64,000 bases of DNA from Octopus vulgaris (GCA_951406725.2 OX597838.1:16616001-16680000); one strand, 5' to 3'; shown: positions 24,656-37,927, counted from the first letter of the stretch. Made by a program: numbers and translations. The notes: a model not told the origin generated them from the letters alone.

Positions 24656-25287
24656 ATGGCAGTGGTGGTGATGGTGGTGGTGATGATGATTAGGAACTTC
24701 AAAGCCTTCTATGGCAATATGACTAGGTTCACAGCTGGTCATGTCATTTATGACAAATATTATTAGGCTATGGTTCTAAACTGGAAATCTGATTGAGGTG
24801 ACTCAAACTGAGGCAGAGACCTGCTACAGACTTTTCTGCAATGTTTGAAAATAGAGATTTTAGTAACCCCTTATTTGTCTGTGTGTGCTGCACAAGCTAT
24901 TGGCAATAAAATAGGAATGGGGCGTCAATGAAATTAGCCTAAAGAAACAAACTTTAGTCGTTCGCCACTTTCATGTTGTTTATTAATTTTGATTGCTCTG
25001 AACTGTCGTGAATGTTCATAGTAATGAACAAGCCGATGTAGTTAATTGGATTGAAAGGTAATGGAAAGGAAAGGTGGCAGTGTTGTACGAGTTAAGCAAT
25101 AGTTTTACTTTCTGACACCACATACAGAGACAGCAAAGAATAAACTATTTTAATTAGTGGTGATTATATTAGCAAATGATCGCCATGGTTCCAAAGTTTC
25201 ATGTAAAGATGAACACCTACATTCATCAGATAAGCATGCTATGTATTTTAAGTTGAGTATTGCTAAATACACACACATTTGTGTATA

Positions 25288-25672
25288 ATATCAACCATTG
25301 TACAAACAATAACTCTGAGCACCTTTTCAAACTCCACCCATCTAACACCCGTGGACATATTTACAAAGTAAGAAAACAGCACAGCTCCCATGACTTCAGG
25401 AAACATTTTTTCACGCTGAGAGTTGCTGAAGCATGGAACAAACTGCCGGCATCAGTTGTTAGTTGTCGGAGCACTGCATCCTTCAAAACTTCCATGCTTC
25501 CTGAGATTCACCAACACTACACCTGATTTTCTCCCCTCCATACACACACAAGCATGTATCTGACTCATACATTGTTCGCTTTCCAGACATTTCTACATTA
25601 CTGCATGTACTTTATATGCACTTTCTGACAAGTTGTGGTGCACCTGAGCACTGTATACAATAATTTCATTAT
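25288..25672 (+). mobile_element. CR1-group LINE 3' end (5'-truncated)
   Basis: NTRGHIYKVRKQHSSHDFRKHFFTLRVAEAWNKLP (TRGH..K / R..FF..RV...WN.LP) plus 3' UTR; near-identical copies at 35985 and 49245. Confidence 0.9.
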
Positions 25673-26069
25673 ATATTATATGTGTGTGCAAGTGTATGTG
25701 TGTGTGTGTGTGTGTTTGTATGTGTGTAGCTGTGGTTATGTGGCAAGAAGCTTGCTTCCCAGCCACATGGTTCCGGGTTCAGTCCCACTGAGTGGCACCT
25801 TGGGAAAGTGTCTTCTACTATAACCTCAGGCCAACCAAAGTCTTGTGAGCGGGTTTGGTAGATGGAAACTGAAAGAAGGCAGTCATGTATATATATATAC
25901 TTCATCATCATCATCATCATCATCATCATCGTTTAGCGTCCACTTTCTATGCTGGCATAGGTTGGACGGTGCAACTGGGGTCTGGGAAGCCAGAAGGCTG
26001 CACCAGGCCCAGTCTGATCTGGCAATAATTCTACAGCTGGATGCCCTTCCTAACGCCAACCACTCCCCA

Positions 26070-26262
26070 AACAGAGAAAACACAGCAACGCGAGGACGTG
26101 GAATAAGTATAGTGCTATTGGATGCTCAGGAAAGGAAGGAAAGAAGGAGGATTTAATGTTTTGAGCGGAGCTCTTCGTAAGAAACATAGGAAAAGGAAAG
26201 ATCCAAGGAAGGGAAGATGAAGGAAAAAAAAATCGCCAACGATACGCACGCGGTGTGTGACA
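26070..26262 (-). mobile_element. Penelope-like terminal-repeat remnant with a degenerate minimal hammerhead
   Basis: minus strand TTTCTTACGA-AGAGC-TCC-GCTC-AAAAC-ATTA versus CTGANGA-stem II-GAAAC-GTH. Confidence 0.55.
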
Positions 26263-26472
26263 TATATGAATATGTCCCCCACCACCATTTGACAATCGGC
26301 ATTTGTAATGTCCCCATAACTTAGAAGTTCAGCAATAAGAGACTGATAGAATAAGTACCAGTCTTAGCAAAAAATAAGTATTAGGGCCAATTCATTCAAC
26401 TAAAGGCTCATCAAAGCGGTGCTCCAGCATGGCCGCAATCTAATGACTGAAACAAGTAAAAGATAAAAGATA

Positions 26473-26970
26473 CATCATCGTTTAATGTCCGCTTTCCATG
26501 CTGGCATGGGTTTGACTGTTTGACAGGGGACTAGCAAAGCCAGGAGGCTGCACTAGGTTCCAATCTGATCTGGTAAGGTTTCTACAGCTGGATGCTCTTC
26601 CTAACGCCAACCACTTTGAGAGTGTAGTCGGTGCTTTTTATGTGCCACCAGCATGGGAGCCAGTCAGGCAGCACTGGCATTGACCATGCTCGAATTGTGC
26701 TTTTCACTTGCCAGTCAGGCGGCACAGGCATTGACCATGCTCGAATTGTGCTTTTCATTTGCCAGTCAGGCAGCACAGGCATTGGCCATGATTAAGATCA
26801 AGCTCAACATATTGCCCAATGATTGAAGGGTACTTTTACAAGGGCCAGTTATGTGACACTGGCATTGGCCACAGCTATGATCTCAATTGACTTGCCGGGT
26901 CTTCTTGAGCATAGCATATCTCCAAAGGTTACGGTCGCTTGTCATTTTCTCTGTGAGATCCAACATTCAA
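26473..26970 (-). mobile_element. family C element with internal tandem duplications
   Basis: CTGGATGCTCTTCCTAACGCCAACCAC; three CCAGTCAGGC.GCAC.GGCATTG.CCATG units about 51 bp apart. Confidence 0.75.
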
Positions 26971-27171
26971 AGATATATATATATCTATATATATACAAAG
27001 TGAGAAAATGGAGAAACATACCTAAATCAATCATCAACCATCAGATAATACCCAATCAATACTTTATTAAACCATTACATAACAGCAATGACATAATACA
27101 TAATATATTGCAAATATAACTAGACATGGAAATAGAAATAGAAAATACAATTACATCATACTATATATATA

Positions 27172-27430
27172 TATTCTAATAATTATATACATAATTATAA
27201 CAAGGGATTAGCCATAAGCCTCTCCACGCACTAGAAAAATAGACGCCTAAAGATGCTATTACCACCTTAAAAACTCAGAAAAATAAAACAGCCCGTGTTT
27301 TATTTTTTAAAGTTTTAGGTAATGGTTTTAGAATTTTAGGTAATAGCGTCGTTAGGCATCTATTTTTCTAGCGCATAGAGAATCTTATAGTCAATCCTTT
27401 GTTATAATTATGTAAATAATTATTAGAATA
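27172..27430. repeat. long diverged palindrome
   Basis: TATTCTAATAATTAT...GCTATTACC / GGTAATAGC...ATAATTATTAGAATA, centre AAAATAAAAC-AGCCCGT-GTTTTATTTT. Confidence 0.85.
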
Positions 27431-27506
27431 AAATTTACCTATAAGGTTTTTATTTCCGTGCTGACCCCCTGGTAAAATCATTAATCATGTTTACTCTTTA
27501 TTATTA

Positions 27507-27605
<99 letters not shown>

Positions 27606-27977
27606 GCATTAACATATCTATTTATTTGTGTATTTTTGTATATATTTGTGTGCATATATATATATATGTTTAGGTATGTGTGCGTGTGTGTGTATACACA
27701 CATACCTAAACATATATATATACGCACTGAACCGCTAAGTTACGGGAACGCAAACACATCCACACAGGTCGCTAAGCGGTGGTGGACACACAAAGGGCGT
27801 TTTTCAATTTCCGTGTACCAAATCCACTCAGAAGTCTGTGGTCAACCCGAGGCTATAGTAGAAACACTTGCCCAAGATGCCTCGCGGTGGGACTGAACCC
27901 GGAACTATGTGGTTGAGGAAGCAAGCTTCTTGCCACAATATACATACTTATATGCAAACATATATCTACAAACAAAT

Positions 27978-27980
27978 AGG

Positions 27981-28040
<60 letters not shown>

Positions 28041-28108
28041 CAGATAGACAGACAGACAGAGAGATAGATAGATAGATATATATAGATAAATAGATAGATA
28101 TAGAAAGC

Positions 28109-28160
<52 letters not shown>

Positions 28161-28174
28161 GATAGATAGATAGG

Positions 28175-28206
<32 letters not shown>

Positions 28207-28297
28207 CAGATAGATAGATAGATAGATAGACAGATAGAAAGATAGATAGACAGACAAACAGAGAGATAGATAGACAGACAAACAGACAGATAGACAG

Positions 28298-28351
<54 letters not shown>

Positions 28352-28375
28352 GGATATAGATAGATAGATAGGTAG

Positions 28376-28414
<39 letters not shown>

Positions 28415-28481
28415 GATATATCTATATAGATAGATAGATGGATATAGATAGGTAGATATAGATAGGTAGATGGATATAGAG

Positions 28482-28531
<50 letters not shown>

Positions 28532-28536
28532 GTAGG

Positions 28537-28588
<52 letters not shown>

Positions 28589-28602
28589 CAGACAGATAGA
28601 TA
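27978..28602. repeat. (GATA)n microsatellite, about 620 bp
   Basis: direct reading. Confidence 0.98.
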
Positions 28603-29093
28603 GAACGATGTGTGTGTATGTGGGTGAATTACTCAAGTGACGGGAAACATAAATACTGAGACAAAAATAGAGTTTGTCATTGGTGGGCTCTAAGAGAGAC
28701 AACTCTCCATAAAATAATTCAACGTTGTTTTTGTTTTCTTTAAAAACATAATTGTCTGAGTTAAACGAGAACGACTGGGGATAATTATCTTTGATTTAAT
28801 TATGAGAACTAAGTTTCCTTAATTAAATTATCTTCATTACTCCCCTTTTATTATGAAGATCTTTTTTTTTTTTGTATGTGTGGTATCGTTGTTAGGATCT
28901 ATCGTGTGAAAGTGAAGGCCATTTCTTTGTTATGGTTTTAGTTTAATATAATGCAAAAAAAAATAAAAACCAGCCTGCCATCGAACAACTAGAAAGAGAT
29001 ATTAAGCCTGTAGTTGTTGTTGATCAAATCGATACAGCGACGCTCTGCAGTTAAAGGCGTCGCTGTTTCGTCTCCTGTCACCAGATATATGCT

Positions 29094-29323
29094 CGGCGAG
29101 CTGGCAGAAACGTTAGCACGCCAGGTGAAATGCGTAGCCGTATTTCGTCTGCCGTTATGTTCTGAGTTCAAATTCCGCCGAGGTCGACTTTGCCTTTCAT
29201 CCTTTCTGGGTCGATAAATAAAAAGTACCAGTTTCGCACTGGGGTCTATGTAATCGACTTAATCCCTTTGTCTGTCCTAGTTTGTCCCCTCTATGTTTAG
29301 CCCCTTGTGGGTAGTAAAGAAAT
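29094..29323 (+). mobile_element. SINE family B, full-length monomer
   Basis: GGCGAGCTGGCAGAAACGTTAG head, GAGTTCAAATTCC B box, Meta domain, 3' CCCCTTGTGGGTAGTAAAGAAAT. Confidence 0.9.
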
Positions 29324-30482
29324 ATATATGCTAGTTTTCAGGTCAAGTAAAATTTTTCTCGAGCACCCTGTCCATCCATCCGCAAGCAGTTGATATCAAA
29401 GAGAAGTAGGGTTACCAGACATTCGGTTCTAAGTCAGTCTGGCCTTGGAGCGTGCCTTTGGACTCTTGTTCGTCCATTTTTGTAGGGGGTGGGAATCTGG
29501 CTACCCCCTCCTTATATCAGTTACTTCAGATATACTTAAAATAGTAATAATCTTAACTAAGTTTATAAAACTTTTGAAGGTGCAAATATAAGAATTTCCT
29601 TTCTTTTACATACAATAATAATACCAAATAAATTAACGAGGTCCTGGATTCAGTCTTTCAAAACGACACCTTGGGCAAGTATCTTCTACTGTGGCCCCTA
29701 CTGAAGCTACATGAGGGGATTTAGAAAACAAACTGAAAGAAGTCCGTTGTTATATATGAATGTGGGTGTGCGTATGTGAGTGTGTGTGTGTGCATATGTG
29801 AGTGTGTGTGTATGTGTGTGCGTATGTGTATGTGTGTGTGTGCTATCGTTGTCCACCACCACCACCGTTTGACACGGGTTGGCTTGTTTGCGTCCCTGTA
29901 CTTAGCGGTTCAACATTGACAAAAGATATCAATAAAATAAGTCCTAGGGTTAAAAATGAAATACTGGGGTTGATTTACATGACCGAACCCTTGAAGGGGA
30001 TGTCCCAGCTTGACCACAGTCCAATGAATGAAGTAAATGATAAAATATAGTTTTACACAAATTGCTTTTTTCTAGGAAATTTGAGGACCGAGACATGTAG
30101 CACATTGCTGTACTTGAGAAGACCTGCCCACTGCAGCAGAATTGAGATCCTAAAACCACGGTGTCACATAAAAAAGATTTAGTGTGGTTGCAGGTGCCAC
30201 ATAAAAAAGCACCTGTGTCCACACTAATGCTTTTTACCTGACACCTTGGTGCCACTTAAACAGCACTGGTGATGGTGCCACATAAAAACCACCCAGTACA
30301 CTCTGTGGAATGGTTCACATGAGGAAGGGCATACAGCCATAGAAACCAAGCTGAAACAGACCATGAAACCTGGTGTAGTCCCTGGCCTCACCAGTTCCTG
30401 TTAAGCCACCCAACCCATGCCAACATGAAAAACGGATGATGATGATAATGTTTTTTTTATAGAAAGTTCTACTTGGGTCAAG

Positions 30483-30752
30483 GCCGCGAGCTGGCAGAAG
30501 TGTTAACACGCCAGGCGAAATGCTTTGCGGTATTTCGTCTGCTGTTACGTTCTGAGTTAAAATTCCGCCGAGGTTGACTTTGCCTTTCATCCTTTCGGGG
30601 TCGATAAATTAAGTACCAGTTATGCACTGGGGTTGCTATAATCGACTTAATCTGTTTGTCTGTCCTTGTTTGTCCTCTTGTGGGTAGTAAAGAAAAAGGT
30701 ATTTCATATGCCGCTATGGTATTTCATATGCTGCTAGGTATTTCATATGCCG
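30483..30752 (+). mobile_element. SINE family B followed by 3 short restarts of GGTATTTCATATGCCGCTA
   Basis: direct reading 30698-30752. Confidence 0.85.
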
Positions 30753-31695
30753 TCCCCATAACTTAGTGGTTCGGCAAAAGAGACTGATAGAGTAAGTACT
30801 AGGCTTACAAAGAATAAGTCCTGGAGTCGATTTGCTCGACTAAAGGTGGTGCTCCAGCATGGCCACAGTCAAATGACCGGAACAAATAAAAGAATAAAAG
30901 AAAAGAAAGAATATGCAAAGCCACAACAGTGTTTATCAATAATTAATGGATCAACAGAACTTTCATCATCATTTTAACATCCACTTACCATGCTTGTGTG
31001 AGTAAGATGGAACTTACTGATATTCTATAGATATTCTATGGCCAGATGTCCTTTCTATCACTAATCTTCACTTGTTTCCAAGCAAGGAAATATACCTCTA
31101 AGGCCAGCCATGTTTTCACAAAATATTGGAAGTGAATAACAATGCTTGTATGATGAAGCAGTCATTTACAACTATCAAACAATGTCAAAGCATGGACACA
31201 CACACACACACAATGAGCTTCTTTTAGTTTCCATCCACCAAATCCTCTCAGAAAGCTTTGCGTTGTCCTGGACTATAGGAGAGACACTTACCTAAGATGC
31301 CACACAGGACTGAACCTAAAACCATGCAGTTTTAGGTTCAGTCCTCAGTGGCATCTTAGGCAAGTGTCTCTACTATAGTAGACACACTTGCCTAGCTTCA
31401 TGATCACACAGCTATGCTTGTACCTCTGCCATGCCTGTAAGTTGGTCTAGCCTATGTTTTGTACAATGCAATAAGGTTTACTATTAGAAAACTGAAATTT
31501 GATGTAGAAAATATTGTATCCAAAACATATCAGCTAAAAGAACAATGCATTTAAAGCAATTTTATGAATTTGTGGACATAGATTATAATTTTATGCAGTT
31601 AATAAACTGGCAGAATCATTAGTATGCCGGGCAAAATGTTTAGTGACATTTTGTCTGTCCTTATGTTCTGAATTGAAATTCCACCAACATGGTAA

Positions 31696-31916
31696 CCCTT
31701 TTGTTGCCATATTTATTTTGAGATGCTCTATGTTTCTTTCAGTTGTTTTAAATATAACAAAGAATTTAGTAAAATTATTTGGTTATCATTAAGCTAGTGT
31801 GAAGAATATAAATTGTGACTAAGTTTTGGTGGAAGATTTTAATTCAAAACTTATGAAAACAAAACATTTGTACTACAGAACCAGAGGTGGTTTCAGTTGC
31901 GTTGGTAACAAAAGGG
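31696..31916. mobile_element. piggyBac-type MITE
   Basis: CCCTTTTGTTGCCA / TGGTAACAAAAGGG termini; flanks GTAA/TTAA; same family as 48563-48784. Confidence 0.8.
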
Positions 31917-31932
31917 TTAAATGATGATGATG

Positions 31933-31968
<36 letters not shown>

Positions 31969-32445
31969 CTATATTGATCAGACTATCAGATGTTGTTATA
32001 CACCACTGGCCACAATGCACTTCCTCGTATTGTTGTTGCTTTCAAAAGATGTCACCTTACTGGCTAGGTGACCAGGCCCATTTGCAGCTGAACGGACCCC
32101 GAGCAACACAAAATGGAGTGTTTTGCTCAAGAACACAATGCACCACTGGTTTGGGAATTGAAACCATGATCTTGTGATTAGGAGTGCAACATCATTACCA
32201 CTAGGCCACACACACTCATGTGTGTGTGTTTATGTTTATACTGGTTTGAAAAGCATTGGTGTTGTTTGTGTTGTATTTGTTTACGTCCCATATCAAATCA
32301 AGAAACAGAGATCAATAAAATAAATACTGGTGTCGATATGGTCGACTTTTAAGCCATTGAAGGTGATGCTAATTCATAGTTGCAGTCCAGTGACTGAAAC
32401 TAATGAGAAAATATGTCTGCTTGTATGTGAATGTGCATGTGTAGG

Positions 32446-32446
32446 T

Positions 32447-32485
<39 letters not shown>

Positions 32486-32862
32486 TGTGCGTGTGTATGT
32501 GTGTGATGGTTTGTGTGTGATGGTGTGTGTGTGTGATGGTGTGTGTGATGGTGTGTGTGTGTGGTTGTGTATGATGGTGTGTGTGATGGTGTGTATGTGT
32601 GTGTGTGTGATGGTGTGTGTGTGTGATGGTGTGTGTGCGTGTGTGTGATGGTGTGTGTGTGTGTGTGTGTGAGATGGTGTGTGTATGTGTGTGTGCGTAT
32701 GCGTGTATATGTGCGCACGTATGTGTGTGTGTGTGTGATTGTGTGTGTGTGATGGTGTGTGTGTGTGATGGTGTGTGTGTGTGTCTGTGTGTGTGTGATG
32801 GTGTGTGTGTGTGTCTGTGTGTGTGTGATGGTGTGTGTGTGTGTGTGTGTGTGTGAGATGGT
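32446..32862. repeat. (TG)n tract punctuated by GATG
   Basis: direct reading. Confidence 0.96.
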
Positions 32863-33634
32863 GTATGTGTCGCTCTGAAGCTAACAATGGAGAAGAGTGG
32901 AAGAAAAGAGAGCTGATATGAGGGACAACTTGAGAGCAGAAGAAATATAGATACAAAGAAAGTGAACAGCGACAAAATATATACAGCTAAGCAGCAGAGA
33001 GACACAGAGAGAAGGAAAAAAAAAATGAACAGTTACTACTAGAGAGAAACAGGGAAAGAAAGGGAGAGAGAGAGAGAAGAATGGAGGAGGAGGAGGGAGA
33101 GAGGAAAGTGAGAGAAAGGGGTAGACACTGCTGTCAACAGAAAGAAGAGATGATGAATGCGACTACCAAGAGATAGCAACAGAGCAGACAAAATATTGTA
33201 ATGATGAGAGTAAACGATATAAGTAGATGATATATCAAGTCGTCAACAGAAAAGTAATATAAAAATAGTTTTGTTTGTCTCCTGTGTATATATGATATCA
33301 TCATATTTATCATAGTCGTGATTCCATTTTGATTTAAGTTGCACATCCACCTTTTTAAGACCAACCTGTCTAATCTTAATAAAGGAGAAGTTAAGTATTG
33401 TATTACTAAATACATCCAAATTGTTGATTATTTGCAAAATTAATTGATAAACCATGAGCCACGCGTTTTAGAAATATAGTCAGGCATGTGCTTGCTTCCC
33501 AACCACATGGCCCTGGGTTCGGTTCCACTGCATGGCATTTTGGGAAAGTATCTTCTGCTATAGTCTCAGGCCAACCAAAACCTTGTGAGTGAATTTGGGA
33601 GATGGAAACTGAAAGAAGCCCTTCTATGTATATA

Positions 33635-34670
33635 TACAAACTGGTATCAAAAAGTCCCCGAAGAACTTAATTACCTAAATTTTAACATCATCTCCTTCAT
33701 AATAGTTACCTTGCACAGCAATACACTGGTCCTGGAATTCCTGCCGCTTTTGGAGTCCAGCCTGGAAATCATTTTCCATAAGTGAGTCAAGGACTTTCTG
33801 CAATTCGCTCTTGATCTCAACGACGGTATTAAAACGGCGACCTTTGAGCTGCATTTTCATCTTGGAGAAGAGATGGAAATCCACAGGTGCTAAATCTGGC
33901 GAATAGGGCAGGTACAGAAGTGATACCATGTTGTTTTTGGTGAGAAACTCACAAATGAAGAGAGATCAGTAACTGGAAAGCATGGATGAGGAGAGCTTGG
34001 TGTCATCATGAAGAATCCAATTCTTAATGCTTCACAGATCCAGTCACTTTCGCCAAATGTCCACTCACAAGTGTTTCAAAATGTCACAGTAGATCTCTTG
34101 ATTGACTGTCTGGCCATGGGGGATGAATTCTTGATGCACAATGCTGTGGATGTTGAAAAAAGCGATGAGCTCACTCTTGAATGAGCTGCAGCTTTGTTGT
34201 GCCTTTTTCAGTCATGGAGATGAAGGCCTCTTCCATTGTGACGAATGTGGCTTCATCTCAGGCTCATACCTGTAGAGCCAACTCTCATCACTGGGGATGA
34301 TCCTTGACATGAAAGATGGGTCATCAATGGTATACTGATGGAGATCTTGACAGACTTCAACGAAATATTCTTTCTTATTTCTTTACTGCCCACAAGGGGC
34401 TACACACAGAAGGGACAAACGGATTAAGTTGATTATATCGACCCCAGTGCATAACTGGTACTTATTTAATCGACCCCGAAAAGATGAAAGGCAAAGTCAA
34501 TCTCGGCAGAATTTGAACTCAGAACTCACCTGGCATGCTAACGTTTCTGCCAGCTCGCTGCCTTCAACGCAATATTCTTTCTGATCAATGGTCAGCAGGT
34601 GGGGAACAAACATGGCGGAGGCACATTGCATGTTCAATTCAGACATTAGGATTGCCCACAAAATACCATA
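33635..34670 (-). pseudogene. decayed mariner transposase interrupted by a SINE B
   Basis: LPYSPDLAPVDFHLFSKMKMQLKGRRF...GNYYEGD and upstream FVPHLLT; SINE B at 34375-34562 with a 19-bp TSD TTCAACG(A/C)AATATTCTTTC. Confidence 0.9.
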
Positions 34671-34679
34671 TTTTCTTAT

Positions 34680-34910
34680 CAATGCTGGTTCCACATAAAA
34701 AGCATTCATGCTGGTGTCACGTCAAAAGCTTTCTTGTTAGTGCCACATAAAAGGCACTGGTGCTGGTGCCACTTTAAAAGCACTGGTACTGGTGTCACAT
34801 AAAAAGACTGGTACTGGTTCCATGTTAAAACTCTGGTGCTGGTTCCACATAAAAAGCTCTGGTGCTAGTGTCACATTAAAAGCATCGTAAAAAGCACTTG
34901 TGCTGGTGTC
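34680..34910 (+). repeat. about 24-bp degenerate tandem repeat GTGCTGGTGCCACATAAAAAGCAC
   Basis: about 8 units; same motif in family C copies at 30160-30300 and 56790-56900. Confidence 0.8.
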
Positions 34911-35984
34911 TGACTACCAAATCTACTCACAAGGTCTTGGTTGGTCCTAGGCTATAGGAGACACCTGCCCAAGGTGCCACACAGTCCAACTGACCCCAGA
35001 ACCATGTGCTTGGGAAGCAAACTTCTTAACACACAGCTATGTTTGCACCTATACTCAACTAAATGCTCAAGATCAGTCAGGTATCCGAATACTTTCTCTA
35101 TGAGCCCCAAGATTCATAGAGTCATAGAAATTTTGACTTCAATGGTTTACAATCTTTCATATATCAATGCATCACATTCATCAATTATTGTTCTTCACAG
35201 GCCTCTTTCCCATCTCTTGCAAATAAATAAATTAAATAAAAAGCAGCAGATTATATTTATCAAACAGAAGGTAACTTTGTGCAGTGATTTATTATCTATA
35301 TTTCCATATACTACCCTCATCCAGCTTGTACCTTGTTTTTCATTTTAGATGTTTTGTGAACCAGCACCCACTATGTCAAATTTTTATAGAAGTTATTAAA
35401 AAAGTTAAGGAAATATATAACAAAATTGTGTTGGACTTCAGTGCATCATCAATCATATTTCTATTCACTTATAGCACAGTGTCCTATACATATTTTAGTT
35501 CAAAGATTTTTTTTCTTCTTTTTTGAGAATATATTTAAAATATAAGAATTTAAATATCATATTTCTTAGCAAAACCTTGGCCCCTCTAAACATCCAGCAC
35601 TCCCCTGTTCCAATATCTGCTGTCCCCTTGTGAGTTCACAATGCTACAAAAGGGGTGCTATCACCTATGGTAAGCACCATTGATTTTGTGCATGTAAGAC
35701 AGGCCCTGTTGGTTTGTTCACAGGTAAGAGCATTGCAAATTAATAAAAACGCTTTAATTGGGTAACCAAAGCTTTTCTTTACATGTTTTATTTACTTAGT
35801 AGCAAGACTGGTGGAAATTCCATGTTTCGTTTTTTATGATGAGTGAATTTATTATATATCTCAATAAAATTGTTTCATATAAAACTGTGTCACGCAAGCA
35901 CAAAAAGAATTTCTTGGAAGAGAAATTCTCCTTACAGACAATACGTGGGAAAACACATCAGACTGGCAGATTGGTCTATAATAA

Positions 35985-36432
35985 AATAATAATGAAATTA
36001 TTGTATACAGTGCTCAGGTGCACCACAACTTGTCAAAAAGTGCATATAAAGTGTATGCAGTAATGTAGAAATGTCTGGAAAGCGAACAATGTACGAGTCA
36101 GATACATGCTTGTGTGTGTATGGAGGGGAGAAAATCAAGTGTAGTGTTGGCGAATCTCAGGAAGCATGGAAGTTTTGAAGGATGCAGTGCTCCGACAACT
36201 AACAACTGATGCCGGCAGTTTGTTCCATGCTTCAGCAACTCTCAGCGTGAAAAAATGTTTCCTGAAGTCATGGGAGCTGTGCTGTTTTCTTACTTTGTAA
36301 ATATGTCCACGGGTGTTAGATGGGTGGAGTTTGAAAAGGTGCTCAGAGTTATTGTTTGTACGATGGTTGATAATTTTATGGGTGTCTGCCAAGTCAGCCG
36401 CCAGACGTCGGAGCCTCAATGTGTCCATGCCC
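35985..36432 (-). mobile_element. CR1-group LINE 3' end
   Basis: MDTLRLRRLAADLADTHKII...TRGH...WNKLP (L..RR...DL...KI motif) plus 3' UTR. Confidence 0.9.
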
Positions 36433-37751
36433 AGTTGTCATCAGAGTGTGGCACACGCGTTTCTGTGTCATTACGTTGGAATCTGTAGTTCATAATCCAC
36501 TAAAAATTACCCTTCTTATAAATATCCAAACAGCAAATAATAAACTTCATGACGTGTGCAAGGCTTTGCCAAGTGGGAATTAATTAGTTGAAAGCATATT
36601 AAGCAGCAATGATTAAAATAAAGCTGTGTAGATTTATCTTTAACACGTTTGAATACACTCAAAACGTAGAAAGACGGCAATGAGGGACTTTGTCCGTTCA
36701 TGTACACGAACGCGTGAAATATACATGTACATGGATTTGTTTTAATCATTGTTGCTTAGTGTGCTTCTAATTAATTGTTTCATATATTAAAGATTCCGAT
36801 TGATTTCGTTTTCGTTCCCTCGTTAATCTTGTTTACAGCACAGCACTCTTGAATGTGTTTCATTCTAAAGAAATAATGTATGGGGCTTTTAATAATGCAA
36901 AGAAACAGAATTAACGATTTATTCTCTCTCTTTGCATTATAAAGAACTCTTTCCATTATTTTTCATTGTTTCCTTATATCACAATGCTTCAAGTAAACTA
37001 CCACGTTTTTCTTTGTTTCGTAATGTAAAAAATGTCTATTATGTCGTCGATTTCCTTCCATAGTTACGTTTACTGCTCGAATTACGCACAAACTCGTTTA
37101 ATTATGTTAAAAAGTTTCGATTATGTCATCGATTTCCTTCCATAGTTAAACTTACTGAACGTCTAACACTCAAACACATTGCAAGGTAGAATAATGTAGT
37201 TTTAATGCTGGTTACGTCGTACCACACCTGGCAGATCTTTAAGTTTTTTTCTTGTTTGCTTACTTATAAAAATGAAAATATACAAAGAAACATTTTATAC
37301 ATTCAGGTGAATGAAAAGTGTGTTTTCCAAATAGAAACCAAATTTTCAGATTTCGATTAAAATTATCTCTTAGCTTTTACCTCTTCCAGTCGTAAGACTA
37401 CGGCCATTCTAGAGCACCATCTTTGAAGAAGTTTTAGTCGAATGAATCGACCCCCTCCCAGTACTTTTAATTTTTTAAAACCTGGTACTTATTCTATCAT
37501 TCGCATTTGTCGAACCGCTAAGTTATGGGAACGTAAACGCCTGCTATCAAGTGGTAGAGGTGGGGGAGGGAAACACACCTACACACAACACATCATACAC
37601 TCGCATACATACATATATACATACACACAGACAGACAGACAGACAGACAGAGTGGTGCAAAAGTAGGTGTACAGTTATGTAAAAAGTAAACGTACAATAC
37701 TCATTTATTTTTATCCAAAAAATTAAAAGTTACGATAAAAGTATAATCATA

Positions 37752-37890
37752 TAGGCGCAGGAGTGACTGTGTGGTAAGTAGCTTGCTTACGAACCACATG
37801 GTTCCGGATTCATTCCCACTGCGTAGCACCTTGGACAAATGTTTTCTACTATAGCCTCGGGCCGACCAAAGAAACTGGAAGAAGCCCGTC

Positions 37891-37927
<37 letters not shown>

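Noticed and set aside
29094-29180. tRNA-like heads read as tRNA genes
   Set aside because: They continue into SINE bodies in many dispersed copies and lack a complete cloverleaf
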